DNA of 64,000 nt from Deltaproteobacteria bacterium (lineage in GTDB: Bacteria; SAR324; JACQKK01), in assembly GCA_029858505.1 (NCBI GenBank), contig JAOUEW010000004.1:131779-195778 (forward strand). The letters run 5' to 3'. Shown in pieces: positions 33,978 to 43,626 of this stretch (within the stretch, counting starts at the first letter, position 1; each line of letters starts with the position of its first letter). The notes under the pieces are model-generated. The model did no database searches and was not told the DNA's origin. It worked only from the letters and a program-made list of their open reading frames with translations. A program made the translations under genes and the position numbers.

Positions 33978-34775
33978 TTGTCTGGGGCACGGGTACACTC
34001 ACCGAAACAAGCCGAGGAGACGATGAGACGACCGGTTGCGATGGGACTGGCCGGAGGAATCCTCCTGACACTATGGGCGGGGGCAGCCTGGGGCCGCTCC
34101 GATGAAACCAACCGCATGGAAAGCCATGTGTTGGTGCTGGTGTCTCCATTGGGTTTTCAGGCCTCCAACCTGGCGGTCTCTCCCCTGCTCAAAGGAAACA
34201 TTACTCCGGTGGAGTCTACGGGTGGAGAGGGAAACTGGAAAGTGGGCTATGTGTTGCAGGGTGGGCACTGGGTGGTGGGGCTGGAACGGGGGAACAGTTT
34301 TTTTCGAATCACTTCCCCCCTCACCAGCGACAAAGCGTCTCTTTCGGCGCTGAACGTGGGGGCTTTTGCCCGGTATTACATGGGGAATTCGTTTTACCTG
34401 AACCTGATGATGAACGAGCGCACCCATACCGGCGACAGCACGTTTTCCTACACCAACACGGGCACCGGGGTGCTGGTGAGCAGCCAGGGCCATTTCAAGG
34501 CCCAAGCCCAATCGGTTTCGGTGGGGTTCGGCAACCAATGGATCATGGACAACGGGCTGATTCTGGATATGGAGTGGGTGGTGTTGTCGAAGGCCGTGGG
34601 CAAAAGGGCTCTCTCCAGCATTCAAACCACCGGCACCTACAATGGGGTCACCACCCCCTTAACCGCAGCGGACCTGGCCACCCTGGAAGGGTACAGCGCC
34701 ACCTTAACCCAGACCATCAACCATTTTGCCGCCCAGGGGGGGCTGTTTATTTTCTCGGCGGGATGGGCGTTTTAG
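33978..34775 (+). CDS. Hypothetical secreted protein, possibly an outer-membrane beta-barrel
   Basis: Signal peptide (MRRPVAMGLAGGILLTLWAGAAWG, likely start 34023), beta-rich composition, ends ...SAGWAF. Confidence 0.4.
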   Translation: MSGARVHSPKQAEETMRRPVAMGLAGGILLTLWAGAAWGRSDETNRMESHVLVLVSPLGFQASNLAVSPLLKGNITPVESTGGEGNWKVGYVLQGGHWVVGLERGNSFFRITSPLTSDKASLSALNVGAFARYYMGNSFYLNLMMNERTHTGDSTFSYTNTGTGVLVSSQGHFKAQAQSVSVGFGNQWIMDNGLILDMEWVVLSKAVGKRALSSIQTTGTYNGVTTPLTAADLATLEGYSATLTQTINHFAAQGGLFIFSAGWAF

Positions 34776-34886
34776 AAAACGAGCCGGACAGAGGACCTGA
34801 GGGAAAGGGGAGGAAGGATGGGGGCAGGGCGAGGATAGCACCCACAGGAAGCGAAACGCGCCTGAATTCAACAGAGGGACACCGCC

Positions 34887-35144
34887 ATGGATGTGTTGAA
34901 AGCCCACCGCGATAAAATCGCCGCCACCCGCCAGGGCATGGACGAAATGGCCGATTTAAACCACCGCTTGTTTGAAAAACGGAAGGCCCTGGCCTTGTTC
35001 CGCAAGCAGCAAAAAGGGCTGGAGGGTGAAGAGACCGCCTTGGCGTTGATCCGTGAAATTGAAGACCTGCAAGTGGCCCACGACCGGGTGAAAGCCTCGT
35101 TGTTTTCCGCTTCTTCCTCCCGGGTGCTGCCCACCGAGCCCTAA
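34887..35144 (+). CDS. Small hypothetical helical protein (85 aa)
   Basis: ORF with charged coiled-coil-like composition; no family recognised. Confidence 0.3.
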   Translation: MDVLKAHRDKIAATRQGMDEMADLNHRLFEKRKALALFRKQQKGLEGEETALALIREIEDLQVAHDRVKASLFSASSSRVLPTEP

Positions 35145-35189
35145 GGGGCCGCTCTCCGCGGCGTTTCATTCCCCGGGATTTTCACCTGT

Positions 35190-35480
35190 CTTGTGACTCG
35201 AATCCATCGGCTTCGATTTGCTTCCCAATAGCACCTCACCCCGCCAGCCGAACGGCTGGCTGCCCCTCTCCCGAAGAGAGGGGCCATGCTCGAATCCACC
35301 GGCTATTCTTTTCATCCGTTCGGTTGGTAAAAACTGGACGGAAGCAAGTGCGTAACTTGTCGGATTCGAGTTTAGGGATGCCCGTAGGGCAGGGGTGGGG
35401 TGTTGTTGATTCAGCCGGAAGGAAGCAAGCGCATAACCTTTCGGCTTCGAGTAGAACTGCCTTTGGAGCAGGGGAGATGG
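35190..35480 (+). repeat. Dispersed intergenic repeat family B, copy 2 (one full unit plus partial units)
   Basis: Contains cacctcacc / ccgccagccgaacggctggctg / cccctctcccgaagagagggg / ccatgctcgaatccaccggctattcttttcatccgttcgg...actggacggaagca, then two gcgyataacyttkcgg(a/c)ttcgag motifs. Confidence 0.55.
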
Positions 35481-35484
35481 AGTT

Positions 35485-36090
35485 TTAGGCCGCGGTGGGC
35501 AGCATGTCGGCCAGCGACAGCACCAAGTCGTTGAGGGCTTTGGGCAGGGGCTCCCCCAGGAACAACCGGCCAAAGGCCGCGTCATAGGGAATGGGCCGGC
35601 CAAACAGGGGAATGCCCAGCCGCAGGCTTTCCCGCTCTAGGGAGGAGATGTCTTCGCCCTGGTGTTGGTTTACGGCGATGAGGGGGTCCATTACATGGCG
35701 GTCCCGCTTCATTTTGCGAATGACCGCCGCCAGCCAGTGCAGGGCCCACAGGTCTGGCTCGGCGGGCCGCACGGGGATAATCAGCCGCCCGCCGGTTTGA
35801 ATCACCGACTCGGTCATGGTGGACAGGGAGGGGGGGGAGTCCACCACCACCCAGTCATACTTTTGGGCCAGCTGGGGGACTTCGCGGTGCACCACCGGCT
35901 GCACCTGAGAGTGCAACTCTACCTGAAAGGCCGAGCCGAACCGGTTCACCCAGTCGCCCGCGGTGCCCTGGGGGTCCGCGTCATACAGCAGCACGCGGTT
36001 GCCCAACTGGGCCAGCCCGGCGGCCAGGGCGATGGCCAGGGTGCTTTTTCCGGTGCCGCCCTTTTGATGGAGAAACGAAAGGATGGGCAT
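35485..36090 (-). CDS. ParA/MinD-family P-loop ATPase (small ~200-aa type), orphan (no ParB in the window)
   Basis: Deviant Walker A HQKGGTGKST, DADPQG motif, Walker B VVVDSPP. Confidence 0.8.
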   Translation of the reverse strand: MPILSFLHQKGGTGKSTLAIALAAGLAQLGNRVLLYDADPQGTAGDWVNRFGSAFQVELHSQVQPVVHREVPQLAQKYDWVVVDSPPSLSTMTESVIQTGGRLIIPVRPAEPDLWALHWLAAVIRKMKRDRHVMDPLIAVNQHQGEDISSLERESLRLGIPLFGRPIPYDAAFGRLFLGEPLPKALNDLVLSLADMLPTAA

Positions 36091-36107
36091 GGGTCGTCCC
36101 GTGGATG

Positions 36108-36368
36108 TCAGGCGTCTGCCAGGGGAAGGAGGATGGCTTCCTCCGTCAGCATCACGGGAATGTCATCCCGGATGGGGTAAAACCGCTTGCCGTCTTGCCG
36201 GACCAGCCCGCCGTCCACCGGTTCGGTGACGGGCTGGCCCCCCTTGGATTTCAGGGTTCCCCGGCCAATGGCTTCGTTGACCCGGGCCACCAGGGCCTTG
36301 TCGGCCAGGCTGACTGGCTCTTTGGTTTCGGGGCAGACCAGAATTTCCAGCAATTGCTCATCCATCAT
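36108..36368 (-). CDS. Trm112/YcaR (UPF0434) family small protein
   Basis: Start at MMDEQLLEILVCPETKEPVSL, the Trm112p-like signature; ~86 aa. The ORF track extends to 36428. Confidence 0.6.
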   Translation of the reverse strand: MMDEQLLEILVCPETKEPVSLADKALVARVNEAIGRGTLKSKGGQPVTEPVDGGLVRQDGKRFYPIRDDIPVMLTEEAILLPLADA

Positions 36369-36517
36369 GAAATACCTGGCGAAAAAAGGGGTTAGGGTTT
36401 TCTGTGGGTTGCGCCAACGCTGTCTCATGTTATAAGGGACGGATGGGGGAACACAAGCACGGGGGGGCCATGGCCCACCCCCATCCCCCCGCCCCCCTCG
36501 TTCCCCCTGGGGTTTCC

Positions 36518-37636
36518 ATGATGTCCAAACGATCAGAACACCAGGAATGGACCCCTACCGTGGCCTTGGTGGCGGGGAAAACCCCGTTACGCGCCCGTTT
36601 GACCGGCATTTTGGGGAAAAAATACCGGTTGCTCCGATTTTCCAGCCAAGAAGAAGCCCTGCAGGGCCTGCCCAGCCAGCCGATAGATATCCTCATTTCC
36701 GATTATGCCCTGGCGGGAAAGGAGGGGGTGGGGTTTTTCGTGGAGGCGGCCCGTATTTCTCCCGGAGCCAAACAAATCATCACCGGCCCGGAAAATGTAT
36801 CCGATCGGGAGCGCCAACAGTTGTTGTCCCTGGCCCATCAGGCCCAGATTGACCTGTTTTTGTTTCAGCCCTTTCACCCGGTGGAGCTGGTGCAGGCCGT
36901 GGAACGGCTGTGGCGGGTGAGAATGCTGGAAATGGAGCGGGACATGCTGATTCAGCAAAACCGGGTGCTGGTGGGGGAACTGGAACAGCTGGAAAAACAA
37001 ATGAATGAGAAGGTGTCGGAACAGGTGGAGGAAGTGACCCGGGTGAACAGCCACCTGCAAGAAACCCTGGAAAACGTGCGGAACAGGAACCGGGAACTTT
37101 CCCGCATGAACGAAATGTTGAATACCCTGGCCACCATTGACCACCTGACCGGGCTGCCCAACCGCCGGGAGTTTCACGCCCACCTGGTTCAGGAGTGGGC
37201 CAATTACCAGCGTTACGGGCAAACCTTCTCGGTCATCATGGTGGATATTGACCACTTTAAGCAGATCAATGACCAGCATGGCCACGAATGCGGTGATCAA
37301 ATCTTAAAGAAACTGGGCATTTTGTTCCGGGCCAGCCAGCGCCGCCAAGACATCACCTGCCGCTATGGGGGAGAGGAATTTGTCCTCATCCTTCCCCGTA
37401 CCACCCAGGCCGATGCGTTTATCGTGGCCGAAAACTTGCGCCAACGGGTGGCCGAGCAGGGGTTTTCCTGCAAAACAGCCCGGGTGCCGGTGCACATTAG
37501 CTTGGGGGTGGCGGGGGTGGAAGAAACCGGGGTTCCGCGGGGCGAGGTGCTGGTGCACTTGGCCGACCAAGCCTTGTATCGGGCCAAGGAGGGCGGCCGC
37601 AACCGCACGGAACCGGCCCGGCGGGAAGCCGTCTAA
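36518..37636 (+). CDS. Diguanylate cyclase (GGDEF) with N-terminal degenerate receiver-like domain
   Basis: GGDEF domain with active-site RYGGEEF and I-site RRQD five residues upstream; N-terminal REC-like fold has ISD acceptor Asp but lacks the acidic DD pair; coiled-coil linker. The ORF track starts at 36404. Confidence 0.85.
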   Translation: MMSKRSEHQEWTPTVALVAGKTPLRARLTGILGKKYRLLRFSSQEEALQGLPSQPIDILISDYALAGKEGVGFFVEAARISPGAKQIITGPENVSDRERQQLLSLAHQAQIDLFLFQPFHPVELVQAVERLWRVRMLEMERDMLIQQNRVLVGELEQLEKQMNEKVSEQVEEVTRVNSHLQETLENVRNRNRELSRMNEMLNTLATIDHLTGLPNRREFHAHLVQEWANYQRYGQTFSVIMVDIDHFKQINDQHGHECGDQILKKLGILFRASQRRQDITCRYGGEEFVLILPRTTQADAFIVAENLRQRVAEQGFSCKTARVPVHISLGVAGVEETGVPRGEVLVHLADQALYRAKEGGRNRTEPARREAV

Positions 37637-37759
37637 ACATGGGGTTGGGCGGGGCCGTGCTGTTTATTGTGTTGCGGGGGAAGAATAGCGATAATGAACG
37701 AAACCACGCCTTCGGCAGTGTTGGCCGGGGGATTTTGTTTCTTCTTTGGAAAGGATGCC

Positions 37760-39796
37760 ATGCGCCGTTCTCCGGTTATTCTGCTGTTGGCGGCCCTGGT
37801 GGCCTTTTCTCCCGCCCTGCGGGCCGAACAACCCACCCCCCCGCCGCAGTTAAAGGGCGCCCACGCGGCGGTGATTGTCCGCTCGTTTCTGTCGAACCAT
37901 TACGCCCAAGAGCCGCTGGATAAAGTGCATTCCCAGAGAATGCTGGCCCAATACCTGGCGGGCTTCGACCCGGAACACTATTATTTTACCTCCGCAGACT
38001 TGCGGGGGTTTCAAAAGTTTGGCCCCCACCTGGGAGACATGCTGCTGAAGGGAGACATTTCTCCGGCCTTCACCATTTTTGACATTTACAAACAGCGGGT
38101 GGATGAACGCACCGCCCAGGCCCTCAAAATTTTGGGAGAGTCGTTTGATTTTAAGGGGAACGACACGCTATTGACCGACCGGAAGAAAGCCCCCTACCCG
38201 GCCAATTCCGAGGCGGCGATTCCCATTCTGCGAAATCGAATTAAATTCGAACTCTACGAAATGATTTTGTCGGGCAAAACCGAAAAAGAAGCCCGGGATA
38301 TTCTTTCCAAACGCTACCGAAACCAAAAACTTCGGCTGGCCCAGATTAACAACAACGATTTGGTAAGCGCCTACATCAACGCGGTCACCGCCGCTTACGA
38401 CCCCCATTCGACGTACCTGCCCCCGGACGAACTGGAAAACTTCCAGATCAACATGCGGTTGTCGTTGGAGGGCATCGGGGCCACCCTGCGCTGGGAAGAC
38501 GGCTTCACCATTGTCACGGCCATTGTGCCTGGGGGGGCCGCCTCCCGAGAAGGCACCTTGCAGCCGGAAGACAAAATCGTGGCGGTGGGTCAGGGATCGT
38601 CTGGCCCCATGGAAGACGTGCGCAACCTGCGCTTGAGCGACGTGGTGAAGTTGATCCGCGGAGAAAAAGGTTCCAGCGTGCGCATCGAGTTTCTGCGCCG
38701 GGGAGAAGGCAAGGTGGAAACCCGCCGGGCGGTTACCATCATCCGCGATACCATTGTGCTGAAAGAGGGCGAGGCCCACGGCAGCGTGCAAGAAATTCCC
38801 CGGGAAGGCGGCAAACCATACCGGGTGGGGGTGATTGTGCTGCCGTCTTTTTACGCAGACTTTAACGGCATGCGGGAAAACCCCAAGAACTATAAAAGCT
38901 CGGCCCGAGACGTGGAAAACCTGCTGAAGGGGTTCCAAAAACAAAACGTAGACGGCGTGGTGCTGGACCTGCGCAACAACGGGGGGGGGTCTTTGGATGA
39001 AGTGGTGAACATGGCGGGGCTGTTTCTGCCCCCCGGCCCCGTGGTGCTGTGGAAAGACAACACCGGGCGGGTGAACGCATTCAAAAACCCCTACGACCAG
39101 CCCCTGTACAAAGGCCCCCTGGTGGTGCTGACCAACCGCAACAGCGCTTCGGCTTCAGAAATTCTGGCCGGGGTGATTCAAGATTACGGCCGGGGGCTGA
39201 TCGTGGGAGAGGTGACCACCTTTGGCAAAGGAACGGTGCAGAATATCTTTTATTTAGACGGCAACCTGGGGGCACTGAAAACCACCGTGGCCAAGTTTTA
39301 CCGCCCCAGCTCCAGTTCTACCCAAAACAAAGGGGTGCCCTCCGACATTGTGTTCCCCTCGGTGTACAACCACATGGACATCGGCGAGTCGTCCATGGAC
39401 AACGCCATGTCTTGGGATGCCATTCAGCCCTCTCGGTTTACCCCCGCGGGAGACTTGTCGGCTTACATTCCGGTGCTGGTCAACCGCTCTCGCGGCAGGG
39501 TGAAAGACAACCCGGCTTTCAAAGACGTTCGAGAAGCCGTGGCCGCCTATCTGAAAAACCGCAAGGGCCGGGACCGCATCACCATGGCCGAACTGCGGGA
39601 GGAACACCACCGGTTGAAAGGGAAGGCCCTTCCCACAGATGGTGAAGAACCAGAATCCAGCGGCAAGCCTAAGGACAAGAAAGACGATATTTACCTCAAG
39701 GAAACCCTGGCGGTGATGGGTGACCTGTTGTCTCTTTCCGAGGGCAAGCCCGCCGGGCGGCAAACCAAAGCCGGTCAAAAATCCAGCCAGCGGTAA
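37760..39796 (+). CDS. ctpA: Carboxyl-terminal processing protease (peptidase S41, PDZ-containing; Prc/CtpA-like)
   Basis: Signal peptide MRRSPVILLLAALVAFSPALRA; PDZ region; catalytic Ser in NRNSASASEILAGV and downstream Lys (TFGKGTVQ). The ORF track starts at 37667. Confidence 0.85.
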   Translation: MRRSPVILLLAALVAFSPALRAEQPTPPPQLKGAHAAVIVRSFLSNHYAQEPLDKVHSQRMLAQYLAGFDPEHYYFTSADLRGFQKFGPHLGDMLLKGDISPAFTIFDIYKQRVDERTAQALKILGESFDFKGNDTLLTDRKKAPYPANSEAAIPILRNRIKFELYEMILSGKTEKEARDILSKRYRNQKLRLAQINNNDLVSAYINAVTAAYDPHSTYLPPDELENFQINMRLSLEGIGATLRWEDGFTIVTAIVPGGAASREGTLQPEDKIVAVGQGSSGPMEDVRNLRLSDVVKLIRGEKGSSVRIEFLRRGEGKVETRRAVTIIRDTIVLKEGEAHGSVQEIPREGGKPYRVGVIVLPSFYADFNGMRENPKNYKSSARDVENLLKGFQKQNVDGVVLDLRNNGGGSLDEVVNMAGLFLPPGPVVLWKDNTGRVNAFKNPYDQPLYKGPLVVLTNRNSASASEILAGVIQDYGRGLIVGEVTTFGKGTVQNIFYLDGNLGALKTTVAKFYRPSSSSTQNKGVPSDIVFPSVYNHMDIGESSMDNAMSWDAIQPSRFTPAGDLSAYIPVLVNRSRGRVKDNPAFKDVREAVAAYLKNRKGRDRITMAELREEHHRLKGKALPTDGEEPESSGKPKDKKDDIYLKETLAVMGDLLSLSEGKPAGRQTKAGQKSSQR

Positions 39797-39808
39797 ACGG
39801 AGGGCCCC

Positions 39809-40387
39809 ATGGAGAACGACCCCCTGGATATCCTGACCCCCCAGGGTTATCTCAGCCGCATCCAGGCCAATCCGGGGCTAGATGTGGTGATGAACCTGTT
39901 TCGCATCCCCCGGGCCTTTGCCGTGTCGGGCTTTGGCGACTGGAACGTGGGCCAACACAGTTTTTGCGCGGCCTTTCTGGCCCTGTACTGGGCGCGCCAC
40001 CGGGGCTACCCGCTGGAAACCCGGGACCGGTTGATGGTGCTGGGGCTGACCCACGACCTGCACGAATCGGCCACCGGAGATATCCTCCCCGGCTTGAAGG
40101 TGCCCGCCCTGCGGGAGCGGCTGGATGACGTTCAGCGCCGGTTCTTAAACGGGCTGGGGGTGGCCCAGGCCGCCGGGCTGGAGGGGGACCTGAAATTGTT
40201 GGACCGGGTGGCTTTCCTCTACGAAATCCGCCAGGCCGCTTGGCGAGACAACGAACAACGCCGCCGCCTGGCCGATTTTTTTCAGCTCCAAAAAACCCAA
40301 TTGCTGGAATTTGCCGCCGGGCAGGGGTTTGACACGGTGGAGGCCTTTCTGCGGGAAATCGGCTTGGAGAAACTGGAAGACAAGTAG
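39809..40387 (+). CDS. HD-domain phosphohydrolase (YfbR-like 5'-deoxynucleotidase family)
   Basis: 192 aa; H..(x)..HD motif HSF...LTHDLHESATGDILP. Confidence 0.7.
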   Translation: MENDPLDILTPQGYLSRIQANPGLDVVMNLFRIPRAFAVSGFGDWNVGQHSFCAAFLALYWARHRGYPLETRDRLMVLGLTHDLHESATGDILPGLKVPALRERLDDVQRRFLNGLGVAQAAGLEGDLKLLDRVAFLYEIRQAAWRDNEQRRRLADFFQLQKTQLLEFAAGQGFDTVEAFLREIGLEKLEDK

Positions 40388-40424
40388 GGGGCATTTGGAA
40401 CGCAGGGAAGAGAGATATATGCTA

Positions 40425-40530
40425 CACCGTCCGAGACCCCTGCATAACCATGGTTTTTGCTGTGAAAAGGGGGAATGGGGGGAGAAGCCCCCCCCTAAAA
40501 TCATCAGATTTGTGAGGGGAGAACGAAACG
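40425..40530 (-). repeat. Dispersed repeat family A, copy 3 (reverse orientation)
   Basis: Reverse complement aligns to 3161-3270 (..ccctgcataaccatggtttttgctgtgaaaagggggaatggggggagaagcccccccctaaaatca..). Confidence 0.55.
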
Positions 40531-40906
40531 AAGGGTGGCAGTACAAGGGGCGAAAAGAAAGGCGCTGAGAAACGAGGGACCAGAAGAATCAGAGAAAGTT
40601 GAAACAGAGAAAACAAAACAGGGAAGATTGAGTGAAACGGCGGCAGGCCAACGGCAATGATTCACAGGGTTCGCTCGCGTGCTCTCAGGACGGATGTTCA
40701 CTTAATGAATCCATCACCGATGGCCCTTGCCTGAGAGCATATATTTCACGGAATGTGCCAGGCGGGAAAATTAAGCAAGTATTTGATATTGCAAAATAAT
40801 TTAAAGATATTCCCAGGCTTTGACCGTTCGCAATGCCTAATATTTAGGCAACCAGCCCTTACTCTGCATGAAATTTAAGCACGCCCCCCACGTAGAACCA
40901 GGACCC

Positions 40907-41578
40907 ATGTCTGCTCCGGCTTCTCCAAACCATTGGGCTTCCCGCCTGGGTGGAAAACTGTTGACCCTGGAAGGCATTGACGGCACGGGCAAGACCACCC
41001 AAAGCCGCCTGCTGGCCCAACGCCTGCGGGAGGCGGGCCTGACGGTGTTGGAAACCCGGGAACCGGGGGGCACCCCCGCTGGCCAAACCCTGCGCAAGGT
41101 GTTGCTGGACCCCGCCAGCGGGGCCCTGGCCCCCCAAGCCGAGCTGCTGCTGTTTTTGGCCGACCGGGTGCAGCACCTGACCGAGCGGATTTTGCCCGCC
41201 CTGGCGGCGGGGCAAGTGGTGGTGTGCGACCGCTTTCACGATGCCACCCTGGCCTATCAGGCCCATGGCCGGGGGTTGGACCTGGCCCCCCTGGCGCCCT
41301 TTATGGCCCAGCACATCGAGCCCCATTTGCCCTTCTTTACCCTTTGGATTGACCTGCCGGTGGAGGAAGCCCTGGGCCGAGTTTCATCTCGCCAACCAGG
41401 CCCCCGGGAAACCCGGCTGGAGGATGAAGGGGCCGCCTACATGGAGCGGGTGCGGAAGGGCTATCGGGCCTTGGCCCTGGCCCACCCAGGGCGCATGGTG
41501 CGGATTGACGGCATGGGCACCCCCGAACAGGTGGCGGAAGACATTTGGCGGCGGGTGCAAGCCCGCTGCGGAGAATAA
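40907..41578 (+). CDS. tmk: Thymidylate kinase
   Basis: P-loop LEGIDGTGKTTQ, LID/DRF region (VVCDRFHDATLAYQ); the ORF track starts at 40868, an internal Met at 40907 is the more likely start. Confidence 0.88.
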   Translation: MSAPASPNHWASRLGGKLLTLEGIDGTGKTTQSRLLAQRLREAGLTVLETREPGGTPAGQTLRKVLLDPASGALAPQAELLLFLADRVQHLTERILPALAAGQVVVCDRFHDATLAYQAHGRGLDLAPLAPFMAQHIEPHLPFFTLWIDLPVEEALGRVSSRQPGPRETRLEDEGAAYMERVRKGYRALALAHPGRMVRIDGMGTPEQVAEDIWRRVQARCGE

Positions 41579-41594
41579 ATCCAGGAGATCAGGA

Positions 41595-42572
41595 ATGCCG
41601 TTTCAACACATTGCCGGGCAAGAGGACGCCATTGGGTTTCTGCGGGAGATGGCCGCCCGGGAGCGGGTGCCTTCGGCCCTGCTGTTTCACGGCCCCCCCC
41701 AGGTGGGCAAACGCCGGGTGGCCCTGGCCCTGGCCCAGTGGCTGAACTGCCTGGCCCCCCAGCCCGCGGATGCCTGCGGCCAATGCCCCTCTTGCCGCAA
41801 AATTGAGGAAGGCCTGCACCCGGACGTGCTGCTGGTGGAGCCGGAGGGCCAGTTCATTAAAATTGACCAAGTGCGGGAGATTTCTCGGCGGCTGAACATG
41901 ATTCCCTTCGAGGCCCGCCGCCGGGTGGTGGTGCTGGCCGAGGCGGAGCGGATGAACCCCCAGGCGGCCAACGCCTTTCTGAAAACCCTGGAGGAACCCC
42001 CCCTGGATACGTTGATCGTGCTGGTGTCGGGCAACGCCAGCCGCCTGCCCGACACCATTCTCTCCCGCTGCATGGGGGTGCGCTTTGGCCTGCTGGGGGG
42101 AGACCTGGTGGCCCAGGCCCTGGCGGGTGGGTTGTCGGGGGAGGAACTGGCCTTTGCCGTGCGGTTCTCTCAGGGGCGGGTGAAGCCCGGCTTGAGAGAA
42201 AACGCTGGGCGGCTGATGGCCCTGCGGGACGACCTGATCCACGGGCTGGAGAAACCCTCGGGGGCGGCCTTTGAGGTGATGGCCGATCGGCTGGCCCAGT
42301 GGGCCGCGGGGGGAGACTTGGATTTTGTGCTGGAGTGGCTGGAGACTTGGTTCCACGACCTGGCCCTGCTGGGGGCCGGCGCCCGGGAGGAATGGCTGAT
42401 CAACGCCGACCGGATGCCCCAACTGAACCACTGGCTGGGCCGCACCACCCCAGAGCGGGCGGCTCGTTGCCACCGTGACGTGCTGGCCACCCGGGCCGAC
42501 CTTGCTTTGAACAACAACAAAACCCTGGCCCTGGAAGCCCTGTGGTTCTCGCTGAAGCGAGAAGTGAACTGA
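41595..42572 (+). CDS. holB: DNA polymerase III delta-prime subunit
   Basis: Starts MPFQHIAGQEDAIGFL; Walker-like HGPPQVGKRRVA, zinc module C..C..C..C (CLAPQPADACGQCPSCRKI), SRC motif (LSRC); 16 nt after tmk. The ORF track reading frame extends upstream to 41241. Confidence 0.8.
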   Translation: MPFQHIAGQEDAIGFLREMAARERVPSALLFHGPPQVGKRRVALALAQWLNCLAPQPADACGQCPSCRKIEEGLHPDVLLVEPEGQFIKIDQVREISRRLNMIPFEARRRVVVLAEAERMNPQAANAFLKTLEEPPLDTLIVLVSGNASRLPDTILSRCMGVRFGLLGGDLVAQALAGGLSGEELAFAVRFSQGRVKPGLRENAGRLMALRDDLIHGLEKPSGAAFEVMADRLAQWAAGGDLDFVLEWLETWFHDLALLGAGAREEWLINADRMPQLNHWLGRTTPERAARCHRDVLATRADLALNNNKTLALEALWFSLKREVN

Positions 42573-42574
42573 TG

Positions 42575-43465
42575 TTACAGCGCCATGCCGCTCTTCAGCC
42601 GCTGGATGCGGTCTTCCAGGGGCGGATGGGTGGCGAGCAGCGCCCAGAACCCGCCGCCGCCGGAAATTTTCATGCTGGCCATGGAGGCGTGCTGGGTGTC
42701 GATCAACTGGGTGGTGCTCATCAACGATTGCAGGGCCCCCACCATTTTTTCGCGGCCCGCCAAGCGGGCGCCGCCGGCGTCGGCCCGGTATTCGCGAATG
42801 CGAGAGAAGTAGGCCACCACCATCGAACCCAAAATCCCAAGCAATATATCCAGCACGATGGTGACCGCGAAGCGCACCATGTAGCGCATGTCTTCCCGCA
42901 CGTTTTGGGCAATGGCGAAGGCGATGATGCGGGCAAAGAACATGACGAAGGCGTTGACCACCCCTTGAATCAGGGTCAGGGTAACCATGTCTCCGTTGGA
43001 GATGTGGGTGATTTCATGGGCCAGCACACCCTCTAATTGGTTGCGGTCCATGCGGTTCAGAATGCCGGTCGACACCGCCACCAGAGAACGGTTTTTGCTG
43101 GGGCCGGTGGCAAAGGCGTTGACTTCGGGGCTTTCATACCAGCCCACCTGGGGCATGGTAGACAACCCAGCCCGGCGGGCCAGGGAGTGAACGGTGTTCA
43201 CCAGCCAGCGGGTGTTTTCCTCTTGGGTGTCTGGGGCAATCAGTTTCACGCCCATCATCCACTTGGCCATCATGCGAGACAAGGCCAGGGAAATAAACGC
43301 CCCGGTAAAACCCCAGATCAAGCAGAAAATCATCAGGTTGGTGTAATGGATGCCATTCTGGGTGAGATAGGGCTGCACGTTAAATACCGCCATTACAATG
43401 GAAATGGTGGCCAGCACCAAAATGTTCACCAGCAAAAACAAGACAATGCGTTTTGCGAAGGCCAT
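42575..43465 (-). CDS. htpX: Zinc metalloprotease HtpX (peptidase M48)
   Basis: 296 aa; four TM segments; HEITH zinc motif (HEITHISNGD). Confidence 0.88.
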   Translation of the reverse strand: MAFAKRIVLFLLVNILVLATISIVMAVFNVQPYLTQNGIHYTNLMIFCLIWGFTGAFISLALSRMMAKWMMGVKLIAPDTQEENTRWLVNTVHSLARRAGLSTMPQVGWYESPEVNAFATGPSKNRSLVAVSTGILNRMDRNQLEGVLAHEITHISNGDMVTLTLIQGVVNAFVMFFARIIAFAIAQNVREDMRYMVRFAVTIVLDILLGILGSMVVAYFSRIREYRADAGGARLAGREKMVGALQSLMSTTQLIDTQHASMASMKISGGGGFWALLATHPPLEDRIQRLKSGMAL

Positions 43466-43626
43466 GGGGAGATTCTCCGTAAAGGTGAATAATCAGCGGC
43501 TTTCCAAACCGTTAGATCAGCCCCGCCCCCGAAAGGTTCAACCGGGCAAGCCGGATGGGAGCGGGCTTTGCGTAGAGGAATTTTAGCACGGATCACAGGT
43601 TTGGGAAGCGGGTCTTGGCCCCGCCC

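Noticed and set aside
35285-35345. SRP (4.5S) RNA or tRNA-derived element suggested by ggaaggaagca / ctcgaatcc motifs in repeat B
   Set aside because: The motif occurs in at least five copies and lacks the full SRP domain IV consensus; multi-copy distribution fits a repeat family, not a single-copy housekeeping RNA
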